A stretch of 56,806 nucleotides of DNA from assembly GCA_026025075.1 (NCBI GenBank), contig JAPEUI010000103.1:1-56806 (forward strand), written 5' to 3'. This document shows, in pieces, positions 23,658 through 38,800 of the stretch (position 1 is the first letter of the stretch; each line of letters opens with the position of its first letter). Below the pieces are notes generated by a model. The model was given only the letters and a program-made list of their open reading frames with translations. It made no database searches and was not told where the DNA came from. Both the position numbers and the translations under genes were made by a program. Source of the stretch: Vezdaea acicularis (taxonomy: Eukaryota).

Positions 23658-25863
23658 CTAAAAAATCGTGCCGAATTCCCCATCCCCAACCTTCTTCCGC
23701 GGACTGGCCGAGCCGCCGTCAGCAGCAGCGACAGGCTTGCGGTGGCGAAAGGTAAAGCCAACGAATAAACCCTTGCCCATCTTGTCCTCGCGATCGGCCA
23801 TGTTCTCCAGCGCCGTCTGCTTGTCGTGGACCTCCTTGTACTTGGCCATATCGGCCTCGTTGCTGAAATCGTCAAAGTAGCCGGCGTCGGTCTCGGAGTC
23901 GAGTTCCGGGACGAAGGGGGCGCGCTGCTCGCGGAGACGCGCCCAGTCCACTTCCGCGAAATAGGCGTGCGAGCGGATCTCGGAGATGCCTTGGAAGCGC
24001 GAGGTTTTGGAGGCTACGAGGCTGTTTGTTGTTGCGTGTCAGTGCTAGTCTCACTCGAGAGTGCGGGAGTATCGGATTTTGTGAAAAGAGGGGGGGTTCC
24101 AAGAACTTACCGTTCGATCAGGTTCCAGGTACGCTTGCTCAGGAAATAGCCCGGATCCTCGTACACCGGCTTACGCAGCACCTGTTTCCAGTGCTTGAGA
24201 TTCTGCCACGTCTCGTCAACCGTCGCGCCCGCGAACGGTGGGTACCCGGACAAGGCCTCGAACATCATGCAGCCCAGGCTCCAGTAGTCGACGGTAAAGT
24301 CGTACTCTTCTCCCTTGAGCACCTCAGGCGCCATGTAGTCCGGCGAGCCGACGATGGACTTGGCGTAGTTGACGTTCCGCTCGCGCATGGATCTGTACCC
24401 CTCCCGCCTCTCCGCCACGGAGCGCTCTTCCATCGGCCGCCCAAACGGCACGGAGACGTTGCCCACTTCTTCGAGCTTGTGGCGCAGGGACTCGATCTTA
24501 ACGGGGCTCAGCATGCCGGCGGAGAGCCCAAAGTCAGTCAGCTTCACGTGGCCAGTGGAGTCGATCAGGAAGTTTTCAGGCTTTAGGTCCCGGTGGATGT
24601 ACCCTAGCTGATGTAGAGAATCGACACATTGGAACATCTCAGCAATGTAGAAGCGCGCATGGCGGTTGTGCAGGACGCCGGTATTGTTGAGGAGGGTGCG
24701 GAAGTCGCCACCTGGAACGTACTCCTGGACCAGCTGTTAGTGACTTGCTGTCGTAGCGTTTTGAGGGGGCTTACCATCGCGAGATAGATGCTCTGCTCAT
24801 CCTGAAAGGCATACAGAAGGCGTACGAGCCAGTCGCTCTTCGCAGCAGTAAGGATATCCCGCTCGGTCAAGACATGTCTAATCTCATCCAGCTTGAAGAG
24901 TAGTTTCTTGCTCATCACCTTCAGGGCACAGACCTCGCGGGTGTCCTTTTTCTGTGCAAGATATACTTGCCCATAGCCGCCTTGCCCTACTTGTGTCAAG
25001 ATCTGGAAGTCTCCATGGCGGAGTCTTGTGCGGCGTTTGCGTAGGTGAGCTCGCTCGCGACCTAGATACTTGTGCCACGCCGGTTCGAAAGCGTCCGCTG
25101 GCGTCTCAGGCGGAGGAGGGTTCTGGGCTTTGAACTGCGAGAGGCGGGTTTGACGGTTATGAACATAACTTAAAAGATCAAAGTAGTGGTCAAGGAAATC
25201 TGCAGGTCATTAACATGTGGATGTTCCCATACGCAGGGGCTACTTACACAATTGGGTGACGTTGGCCAGACGTTTCACCTGCGGTTTCTGCAACTTCTCC
25301 AACTCCTCCACTGTCAGACCTCGCTGTGCCTCGTAACCTTTCCTAGCAACTGGCGCTTCCTCCCGGGGTGAATATGGCTCTCGGCGTGAAGCTGCTGCTT
25401 GGCTCTGTGGACTCACGATTTCCTTGGCTACTTTCGATCCTGGTGGGGTATTCTCCTTGTTCGATCGCCTTGTGGGGCTCCCTGGCGTATGGCTTGTCTC
25501 GGTGTGAATGATACTTTCGTCGACTCCAACGAAGGGGTCTTCGGCAATAGGCACGAATCCCTTGATTGGTGATGTTGGTGCGGATGTTTGACTGTGAGGC
25601 CCTACGTTCGTCGAACTTGGGAATTGCGCAGCTTGCAATTTGAAGGCATTATCGAATACATCAGGAACAGCGTTAGACCCCGGGGGCATCCGATTTTTGC
25701 TCGGGCTCCCTTGCGGAGTTTGTGTGGGTGAAGTAAATGCTTGCTGTGTCGGCGTATGAGGGCTCTCCGTCTCATTGCCAGAGCGCACATGAAGCGGTGG
25801 CGGAGGCATTGGTAGTGTGAAAGCTAACTTCGCACCTGGAGAGAGGGGAGCTCTTGAAGCCAT
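23658..25863 (-). CDS. dbf2: NDR-family kinase Dbf2/Sid2 (septation initiation / mitotic exit network); introns 25200-25247, 24725-24774, 24022-24110
   Basis: VKRLANVTQLYFLDHYFDLL, YLGRERAHLRKRRTRL, GQGGYG, HRDLKPEN, DFG, AKSIVGSPDYMAPE and C-terminal FVGFTFRH hydrophobic motif. Confidence 0.93.
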
Positions 25864-26946
25864 CTTCACAATCGAGTTGAAGTACCGTCGGGGACTGTAG
25901 TCTGTTCTTTGCTTTGTTACGCCAAGCAGATAAAAAAGGTTGCAGACGAAGCTTGGAAATATTCCACAGCGGTCGCGAACAAAATTTCAGCTGCACCGAC
26001 TTGTCCAGCAGCTGGAAAGTAACGGAAAACCCGATTTCCCAGCTCTGATCATGCAATTGAGCGGTTTGAATAGTCAGGGAGAGAGTCGCTGGGCCAAGGG
26101 AGTGAGCGACCTTTGAAATTCGAATTCCTCTCGTCAAGCTTGGGCCTGCCGAAAACACCACTCGGTTGGCCGATCAACCGACAGAATGTTCCCCTCGCAA
26201 AGGTGCGCCCCAACCTCTGCTTCAAAAACCCATCATATCCTCGTACCACGCGAGGGACTCAGCTTTCAAGATGCCCCCAACTTAGCCATGGCTTGGTATA
26301 TTTTCCAGAGTGGTTGTAATGGACTCTAGTCTCCCCAGAAGTATTGACATATCCACATGTTCATACGCTTTCGAGGCAGCATACCCGGGGAAAGATGGCA
26401 TTACCCTCCGACTGAAGTGATAGCCGGCGCCCAAAGCCACTGCTCGCGGGTTTCATTGGGAACCCATATGCATGAGCTGCAATGCTCCGGGCTGTCGGTC
26501 CCTGCCATAAAGCCATAGGTCCGGTTAGACCTTGCAAATCCCGGTGTATATGGAAGTTGAGATGCCATCTTCGAAACTCCAAACGCAGCAAAAGATCATT
26601 AGTAACCAGTCAAAGTGATGATGATGAAGCATCATCTAGATTATCCTATTCTCTTTCTTTGCCATGTGATCATGCAACTTAAATGTACACGATGTGATGG
26701 CTTGGCATCGCCTGGGAGCTGCCTCCCTCATCCACACTCAAGTATGAGAGGGGAGGGGGGGCTGAGTAGTCACACGCGCGTGGCGCGTCCCATTTTCCTC
26801 TCAAAGTAGGGCACCCTTGAGGTTACTTCTCACGGACTGGCCCTATTGAGGCTCATATCCTACTGGTGATGCCCTCCTTCTTCATACTCTATTCATTTCA
26901 CAATCACCAGGTCAAAAGGTAGAGCCGGCGTGAAGAAGTCTTCATC

Positions 26947-29446
26947 ATGTTCTATAGCTATGAGAGTATGCCGAGCGCGATAGGAGCTTTATGCGTACAT
27001 GGCAGCTGATGCAATTACTTAGTTCTCACGTCTCGTAGATATGGCGTTGCAACTGTCTGGTATATGCACCTGGGTTCATTTAGAGGTTTATAGTACATGC
27101 TAAATACTCTTGCTAGGCTCGCGGCGACCCTTGGGCCACAGTCTTCTTTTAAGAAGAGATTCAATAGAAAGGCGATTTTCGAAGTAGATGTTCCAAAGGC
27201 CTGCGAAACGATTCTTACACCCGAGGCGCCTATGGCACTCAGGTTGCAAAGCAATCTGCTGTCAGCCATCCTGACCGCTCCCCATTGTGAATTGTCTATG
27301 ACTAAACGTTCAATAGTTTTGGCGTTTCTCGAGTCTATTCCAAGCAATGTGAATACATCCTCACAGATGCTCAAGCGGCGCATAATCAAATGAAGACCAT
27401 GCTTAAGGTAATGAAAGGCAGCTACCTAGACCAAGACGCGGGAAAGGCTAGGTGAGGGTTTTGCTTCAACCTTTTGGGGATGCACTTAACATCGAAGCAG
27501 GCCAGAACAGCTTATGGTCCAGGACGACCCTTCATTTCTTCCAGACCTAGACTTTCCGATGTTCGATCTTGACTTGTCTAGTCTAAGTGTAACAACATCC
27601 TTCGATACCCAGCTCTCATCGCTCTTTTCGCCTCACAGTGCTTCCCTAAGCCTCTCAAGCCCCCGTGGTGGCAATAGATCAATCGCTGGCTTGATTATCC
27701 CCACTTCCGACACCGATGGTTTAGGGGACATTGGTGGCTTTGCTCTCCCAGGTGATAATTTAAGCTCTGCTCAGCGAGTGAGTCGTACCGCAGTCGACTT
27801 TCAGCAACTCATGAATGATGATGGCTTTTTACCTGACGCCGACTTTGAGTTTGATGCGGAAGGCAATATCGCAAATCTCAACCCCCTAGACGATATTGAG
27901 ACCAGGGATCCCAGTACTAGAGTTAGACCGAGTCTGGGGATTGATGACACTGTAAACAGGCGTGTACGCGCAGAGCATGATGCCGGCTTGGGAACAGAGC
28001 CACGGGTTCGTCAAAATGAGCCAAATCTTACAAAGGTTTCTTGCTTACTCCTATAGTTTGCTGAAGCGTTCGCCGACGGTTCCTTCCGTCCTCAGGATGA
28101 TGGCTTCAATCTTCTGTCAGAGGCTGATCCTTTTCCGAGAGATTTGGATGCTCTTCAAGGCCAACACGCATCATCTAAGGACCCAGATTTCGAAGTCCAT
28201 GAGAGCTCTGAGTCTGCCGAGGCCCCAGCACGGCGAAGAGTTCAGGCGCCAAAGATCATCCAACCTGACCAAACACTAGAGCTCAGTAATGCAGATCTTC
28301 GTCTATGGGACCAGACATATGTTGCAAGTATGGCAGCTGCCTCAAAGCTAAAGAGATCTCACAGGGGAACGCAACAAGCGAAGAAGAACGCATTTCACTG
28401 GGTCTTCGGGGCGGGAATTGGTGGCGTCGGATCAAGCATAGGCCAGTCGCATTTACGAAGCCCACTCGAAATGTTCTCCGGAGAAAAGCTTATGGAAGAT
28501 TTGTCAATTGTTCTAGCTCCGACTAGTCACAAGAAGCGTAGCCGTGATAACGACCCGGAAGGCACAGGTTCTGAAAGTGAAGGTCGGAACGTCAAGCGTC
28601 GTAGCGATGAAGAGGAGGTCCAGATTGGTCGCCGCCAAGACCTGGAATTCGACGACGACGCGATGCTGCCAGCATATGAGGATGAAGTATGCCGTTAACA
28701 CTGCTCTCAAGGATAAAACTAACGCTATATAGGGCATTGAGATCGGAAGGGCCGCAGCCCCTGGTCTTGACGATCATTCTTCGGCCATGCCTTGGAACAT
28801 CAGTGCATCTTTGCAAGGCTCACGTCAGGGCTCTGCTGTTCAAAACAGAGCTATGGCCCTGAGCAGTGCCACAAGATTACCCCCTAGCGCAGGAGACTCT
28901 AGCGCTGTTGCAATTTCTGGTGCTCCCTTCATTCTTCCCGGGCGACACAGCCGATTAGCCAGCGTCAGCCCGCTATTAAGTCGTTCCAGAGCCAGCGGGA
29001 TCGAGCGTCTTGGTAGCCTCAGAGGACTCGACGAAGAAAATGAAGAAGCTTTGCTAGGTGAAAATCGCGAGTCTGTCCCCCAGTCAGATGATAAGGACTT
29101 CGAATTCTTCGGCGCTTACGCAAACATCGCGACGCAGACCGCAGCAGATTCTCAATGGATGAAGAAAGCTCTTGACACTGAAAGCTTAAACTTCCTTGAC
29201 TATGTCAAAGCTGCTATTAAGGGTGTAGATGCTGACCTTGGAGAGGACGATATTTCACCCAGAGCTGGGCAGCTTGAGCCGAGACACCTAACGTTCGCGG
29301 CACTGCTTCCTCCAGCCGAGAACTCAAAGCTCGTCGCTGCCCAGGGCTTCCACCATCTCCTTGACCTAGCGTCAAGGAACCTGATTTCAGTCACTCAAGC
29401 GAGTGGTTTTGGGGATATTACCTTGTCTCCACTATCTGGGGCTTGA
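26947..29446 (+). CDS. rec8: Meiotic kleisin cohesin subunit Rec8; exons 26947-26965, 27024-27059, 27117-27260, 27317-27451, 27501-28005, 28057-28686, 28733-29446
   Basis: N-terminal Rad21/Rec8 domain MFYSYEILTSRRYGVATVWLAATLG...PMALRLQSNLLFGVSRVYSKQCEYILTD; C-terminal winged helix FAALLPP..SKLVAAQGFHHLLDLASRNLISVTQ..FGDI; six GT..AG introns keep frame. Confidence 0.88.
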
Positions 29447-30455
29447 ACGCTCGACTATGGAAGACCAACCTCCCATTCTCTATCACCGCGAGCGTCTTTT
29501 TGTAGCGTCATACGAACTCTCCTTTCATTACTTCTGCCTTGTAAGATATTCTCCTGTGACATGGCTGGAGTCTGTGGATCTATGTTATGTGGAATGTCGT
29601 ATTTGCACAAAGTTATAGCGTCATGTCTTTCATAGCTTTCAGCCTTCTCCTAGCAAGGCATTAAATCGCATTTAGTTGATCTGTTAGTATGATTTTGCCA
29701 CATACAGAAAAACTATTGCTTCCTCTTAATAAAATCTCTTTACGACGAAAGTGGTGCTAATTAGTGCATGTTACGAACTCTGCTGGCCACCGTAGACAAA
29801 GGGGACTATCCTTGCATGACCGCCAAATGCCTGCAGAAGCGCCTAATCAATATTATCAATCCACAACGCCAACGGGACTCAGCACAGCGCCTGTGACAAG
29901 GCGTTATAATCAGATTCATGGCGTTAAACCCCTTTAATTCGCTCCTCCAGCTCCAATCAAGAACTCGTGTCTGCATGGCTACGTCTCTTTTCGGGAGCCC
30001 CCAGATTTATATAAGCAGTAGGGCAGTGGCGAAGCTGTAGAAGAATTATACGCCAACGACACCTTTATCACTCCAAAGGATGACAAGAGGAAGGTTGTGG
30101 GAAGACTAAGAGAGATAGAGCAGGCCAAGACCGTCGACAGGCCATGCATCATGTAGTTTGAACCATCAAAAAGGGGGAGGGCCATATTCAAGAATCAACG
30201 GTGTTTTAGGCTTTGCGTATCCTAAAAGGTACTAGCTGGTACCGCATCGCTTTTCGCCTACAGGAAGGCTTGACGTAGGACATAGTCAACGCCTACAACC
30301 TTTTTGATTGAGACACAACCTCATCGAACGGTCACCTATGTACAAACCACACTACCCATTACCTCCCTCCCTCTCCAGCCCTCTCACGACTGTCCAGCAA
30401 GCCCAGCTATTGCGACGTAATTGCCACCAAACAAGCAGCATATCAGGTAAGTGCC

Positions 30456-33291
<2,836 letters not shown>

Positions 33292-34352
33292 CTAGTTGGA
33301 TCGGATCTAGGTGCTTGATATTATGACAGCAATTCTTGACCAATCTAAAGATATTAGGTGGGCTGTCGAATTTGACCTTGATTATCTCGAACTAGCGATG
33401 TGTTGGGATCAATCCGTTGAGTAATAAATACACACAGCTTTAGGGTCATATCCATTAGCAAAGTCTTTCAAACTTTGGGGGCATTCGATTTAATGCATGC
33501 GGTATTCTCACCTCTTGAAATCCCTCGACTGTACAGGGCAAAGGAACATCTTCTTCAATGCCCAATTGAAGGGTGATGGAATGGCGATATTTCTTTACGA
33601 GAAAATCGTGGGCGTCCGTGACCTTTGTGGGGTCAGAAGTGGATCTTTTGTTGCCGCATATTTTCGCAATTGCCTAGCACCGCGGCCGCCCCGCCATTGG
33701 CTAGCTCCGCGCGGAGAAGCGGTGCCATGCAGGGGTGGAAATTTTCCACTCACATGCCACAGACGCTTTCATGGGACAGCACGTTGAATATCGTGATCAA
33801 GTACCTGCCAGCTTTCTTGGCCTTTAGGATTCGTATTATTTCGTGACGCAGGATGCCTCGAGGACAAGGCATAGCTCCTTCATAGTCCTTCAAAGACATT
33901 CAAGTCATCTAGAAACTCAAGCCTAATTCAAGTAACACGGAACTGCCCTTTCTGCTCAGATGGTTTGGCGCAATTTGTACATAGAAAGTTGATTCCAGCA
34001 ATAATATAGGAGCGGCAAACATTTCTTACACACACAGCTATTGGGTTCAATTCATAATGTGGGAACTGGCGTTATATGAACTTTGCGGATCCCAGTTATA
34101 TTGCAATAGTAACGCCCGATTGCTCAACACTAGCAAAAAAAATCACATTGATACAGCTCTGACACGACCAATTAAGTTCTGATGGCACGCCAGGAGAACT
34201 TTGAAATCAAACCCATCCGAAGGCTATTGATATTGAAATGAATCCAGTGCACCCGTCAATCAACCCGTGATGGTAGACCTCCCGGACGTCCCACCCCACG
34301 CCCGCTTCTCGCTCATCTATGCAATATTATCCACAACTTCCCAATCACCGCC

Positions 34353-35121
34353 CTAATGATGTTTTGAGGCGACAACTGTTCACGAAAGATTGGTTAGATG
34401 CGGTTGAACGAAGTAGAGGTTGGGGAGACAAACCGGCTGGGACAATTATAATGATGAGCAGAACAATAATTCCGAAAATCAACCACATCCGCATCTTCAT
34501 ATCCTTCCACCACATCTGCTTCCTGACCCTGTTCGCCCCTCGCCGAAAGCCTTGGGCGGAGACGGCGAGATTATCGGTCTTATCTTGAAGTGAATCTAGG
34601 CGCTCGCCACGTTGAGACACTTTGTTGATGTTCTCACGCATGACATCGACGGTGTCATCGATTTGCTAGAGAAGAACAATCGTATTAGCTCTGTGTTCGA
34701 AGTCATCATTTATGCTTATCAGCCTGGCTGACATAGCGCGGACGATTGGCCTTCCGAAACTCCTTTTAGATCTGTGAATCCGATGTCGCGACTCTTGATC
34801 CCCTAACAGAATTTGGTTGGTGAAGCTCGTGATGTGCACTCAAATATCCAGAAAGGATACTGATTTTAAAGGTATTCGAATCGTAAGCTCAGATGTGATC
34901 CGTAATGTGTAACATCGGCACGCCGTAGAGGCTCCCTTAGAGCTGAGGCGCATCCCCAATACAGGTCTGAAGTACATCCGGAAGAGAGAAAGAGAACGAT
35001 AGATTAAACTTACCGCTTGTAGTGCCGCTGTCCTTTGATTGCCGGGTTGCCCAGCGCTTCCGCCAGCGGCGCCATTGCCAGCTGGAATATAAGGATCGTA
35101 TGGTTGCTCACGGTCGGCCAT
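34353..35121 (-). CDS. snc1: Synaptobrevin / exocytic v-SNARE (Snc1/SynA); exons 35121-35014, 34665-34434, 34375-34353
   Basis: [40 protein letters not shown]...[12 protein letters not shown] plus C-terminal TM helix, ending VVASKHH. Confidence 0.95.
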
Positions 35122-36578
35122 CTCTACTACACCGCTGCGAAACACTTGAATAGAGGGTTACGTGTAGTCTGAACAGGTTATTTGGATCGAGAGACTGTTG
35201 GTCCTGATGAGATCGGGACGCTGTTGATGATTGCCTTTAAGGGTCGTTCGTTGATGAAGATTGAGGAAGTGAGACGATCTGACGAGTTCGGTTGGCAGGG
35301 GACACAAATAGGTCGTCTCGATGAGGCGTCAATTTTGCAGCGCAGATGTGCAAAAGGCTTGGCGCAATTCCGATAGATTGATGAATAGGATTCGGAGGCT
35401 CTTGTTACAGGAGAAGCTGTGACTAGAATTTATCGCTTCCGCTCGCACGACTTTATGGCATTCACTGCTGCGTTCTTTATGTCTAGGGGATGGGGCTGGT
35501 TTATTACGTACGCCACCTAACATTGCTCAGCCGTGGCGAACGTGTCTCCGGCTTTCCAGTCTCACTCCCCACAAAACCATAAGATGAAACGGAAGGTACA
35601 AAGCGAATGTCTTATGGATGAATCCATTTACCTTCATGTGTCCTCCTAACGTGATCGAAATACATTTTCAGCCCCTATTGATTCGCAGCCTTAAGGTGGT
35701 GACGGCCGAGGCACTGACCAGCAACGCTCAACCTGAGTCAGCCATACCACTCACAGATTTGGAGACGATGCTCTACGAGTAGGAATGGTATAGATTATAG
35801 CATCTACAAACTGATTATCATTATGCGACGGTGAAATCACCGAAAATGCTCATGTTATCGGTGAATTGACGTCACTATGCTATTCTCAGCTCTGGATGGC
35901 AACGCAGCACGAGACCGACACCCGACCCAGCCGCTCTGTCGCACGCTCCAGCGACTCTGTCGGGGCCCTTTTGGCTGCCAAGCCGAAACCCCTGGGTGCC
36001 GAGCCCTTCCAAATCGCTATGCGTACGACGCTGTTGCTTGGCAGCGCTCAAACTCTTCGGATTCCCCTTGCGAGGGATTGTGCGTCGATTGTACATCTCT
36101 CCGCACCATCTACAAAACCACGGACCTACGACTTGATCGGTACCTGAACACATCTTCATACGCTCGTTGTGCCGGCGATACCTTGACCTCACTTTTTACC
36201 ACCGATTAGCGGTCGGTACCACCTGCTTCTGCCCCTCCCCTTCTGGACACTTTTCTAGGTCTTCACGACGTCTCATCTGGGTACGGCAAAGGCACCGCAA
36301 CTGCTTTTTGGTCAACGCAAAGAAGTCTGACAAGATACACATTTCTTTCCTAGAAGCTCTCTCTTTGAGCAGTGGCGCGAACAGGTACAATATAACGCTC
36401 TTTATCGCGCGAGCACGCGTTGACCTCGCAACCGGATCTTCAAAACTCTTGTTTTGTCTGATACCCACGAGTTTCATTTCACCTCTGTGCGGCCGCAATC
36501 AACAGTTTTGGCACGCGGGATTCGTGCCATATATACCCTTTGGTCACAGTATCTCCAACTTTATTCTTGAAAAAGAAG

Positions 36579-38168
36579 ATGAAGTTCTCTACCTCGGGGA
36601 GATCCCTGCTCTCGCGTAGTGGGGCTCTCAGCGCCCTCCTTTTTGGTGGTCAAATGGCGTCGGCCATCGAATTGAATCTCCAAGATCCTAGTGAGTACTA
36701 CCGCGCTTGGTCTTTGACTACAAAAGGGGGTTGATGGGGATTCATACTCTATATCTGCTAATCCGAACCTTCTACATAGATTCGATTACAAAGGCCGCGA
36801 AAACGGCAGCTGACGGAATGATGTCTTTCTACACTGGAAATCGAACCGGTGATGTTCCAGGAAATCTACCTCAACCCTATTATTGGTGGGAGGCGGGTGC
36901 TGCATTCGGAGCACTGATCGATTACCATTATTACACTGGCAATTCAGAATATAACGATGTGGTAACGGAGGGTATGCTCCATCAAGTTGGACCCAACAAT
37001 GACTACATGCCGCCCAACCAGACGAAGACTGAGGTAGGAACACCAAGATTATAGCCTTGATTTGTGCTGACGGTGCAATAAAGGGAAATGATGATCAAGC
37101 ATTTTGGGGAATGGCCGCAATGTCCGCGGCAGAGAATAAGTTCCCAGATCCACCAGCAGGGTCGCCTCAGTGGCTCGCTTTGGCTCAAGCAGTCTTCAAC
37201 TCTCAAGCTATACGGTGGGATAACGCAACCTGCGGTGGCGGCCTTAGGTGGCAGATTTTCACCTTCAACAACGGCTACAACTACAAGAACACCATTTCCA
37301 ATGGATGCTTCTTCAATATGGCTGCTCGCCTGGCAATGTATACAAAGAACGACACGTACGCGGTTTGGGCTGACACTATGTGGGACTGGGTCTCAGGGGT
37401 CGGTTTGATGGATGCCGATTACAAGTTCTACGATGGAACAGATTCGACCATCAACTGCTCGAACGTTAATCACATTCAGTGGACTTATAACGCTGGTGTA
37501 TTCCTCCTAGGCGCTGCCAACATGTACAACTATGTAAAACTCCCCTACGCGAGCATGCTTTTAACGGCTTTACTGACCGTGATTTCCGCTAGACCAATGG
37601 CGACGCAAAGTGGAAGACCCGCGTCGACGGTATCCTCAAAGGGATCGAAGTTTTCTTCTCGACCGACGTCCCAAACGTAATGTACGAAGTCGCCTGCGAG
37701 ACGGGTGGGAAATGCAACGTTGATCAACGTTCCTTCAAAGCCTACCTCGCCCGTTGGATGGCGGCCTCTACGAAGATGGCGCCTTACATCACCGACCAAG
37801 TCATGATCAAGCTCAGCACCTCCGCCATGGCCGCCGCGAAACAATGCGTCGGCACAGCTGGGCTCATTAATGGCGCTGCATGTGGTATCAAATGGACACA
37901 AGCCGACTGGGACGGCTCGTCCGGCGTCGGAGAACAAATGAGCGCCCTCGAAGTCATCCAATCAAACCTCATCGGAAGAGTACCTGGCCCCGTTACCGAG
38001 ACGACCGGTGGCACAAGTAAGGGTGATCCGGGCGCAGGCACACACGGAGATGCGCCTACTGGCCCTGTGCCGGGCAAGATCACTGTAGGAGATAAGGTCG
38101 GAGCGTCCTTCCTCACGATGCTGATATTAGTCGGTGTTCTGGGGGGTGCCTGGTGGATGGTCGTATAA
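36579..38168 (+). CDS. GH76 alpha-1,6-mannanase/transglycosidase (Dcw1/Dfg5 family), probably GPI-anchored; introns 36691-36779, 37034-37083, 37534-37592
   Basis: Signal peptide; PYYWWEAGA, catalytic [44 protein letters not shown]; hydrophobic C-terminus. Confidence 0.94.
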
Positions 38169-38800
38169 ACGAGTGAGCAGCGCGTACATCATTGAGATGG
38201 GTCTCGGGATGCATTTGATTTCCATGGGCGTAACCTTCTAGGGCTTATCTTTTGGGGGGCTGGGGCTGTTCTTTTCCGTCATTCGCTCGTCTTGTATATT
38301 AGCATCTCGGAATGAGGCATCGATAAGGAGTTTTATTATTTTTCAAAAACTATCTATCACGCCTACCAGGTGTACGCTATTGACGTTTCTGGGATGGTGT
38401 CCTACTGTACTCGTGGCCTCACTCGTCCACCTGATCGGATTGAGTCAGGACAGCGTGCCACCCAAAGCAGATAGGAGCGTCGATGTCATTTATGTGGAAG
38501 GGACGTGTAAAAGTCTGGTCTAGCCGGAGCAGAGTATATATCCACCGTCCAAATTGAGTCACCCATTTGGAAAGCTCACCACATCTCACGCACGATCGAG
38601 TGACTGATCTCCAAAGGTCTTCTACCAAAAAAAAACTCGAGATGAGGCGAGGCTAAATCCAAGCCAACCGCCAGCAGCCAGGCCCAGTTCCCCAAACCCC
38701 AACCCATCCATCCCCGACCTTCAAAGCGACAAAGAATATCGCCACGTCCCCATACCCAAAATCTATCACTTGGAGCCAGACCCTAAGAAACGAACCTCCC

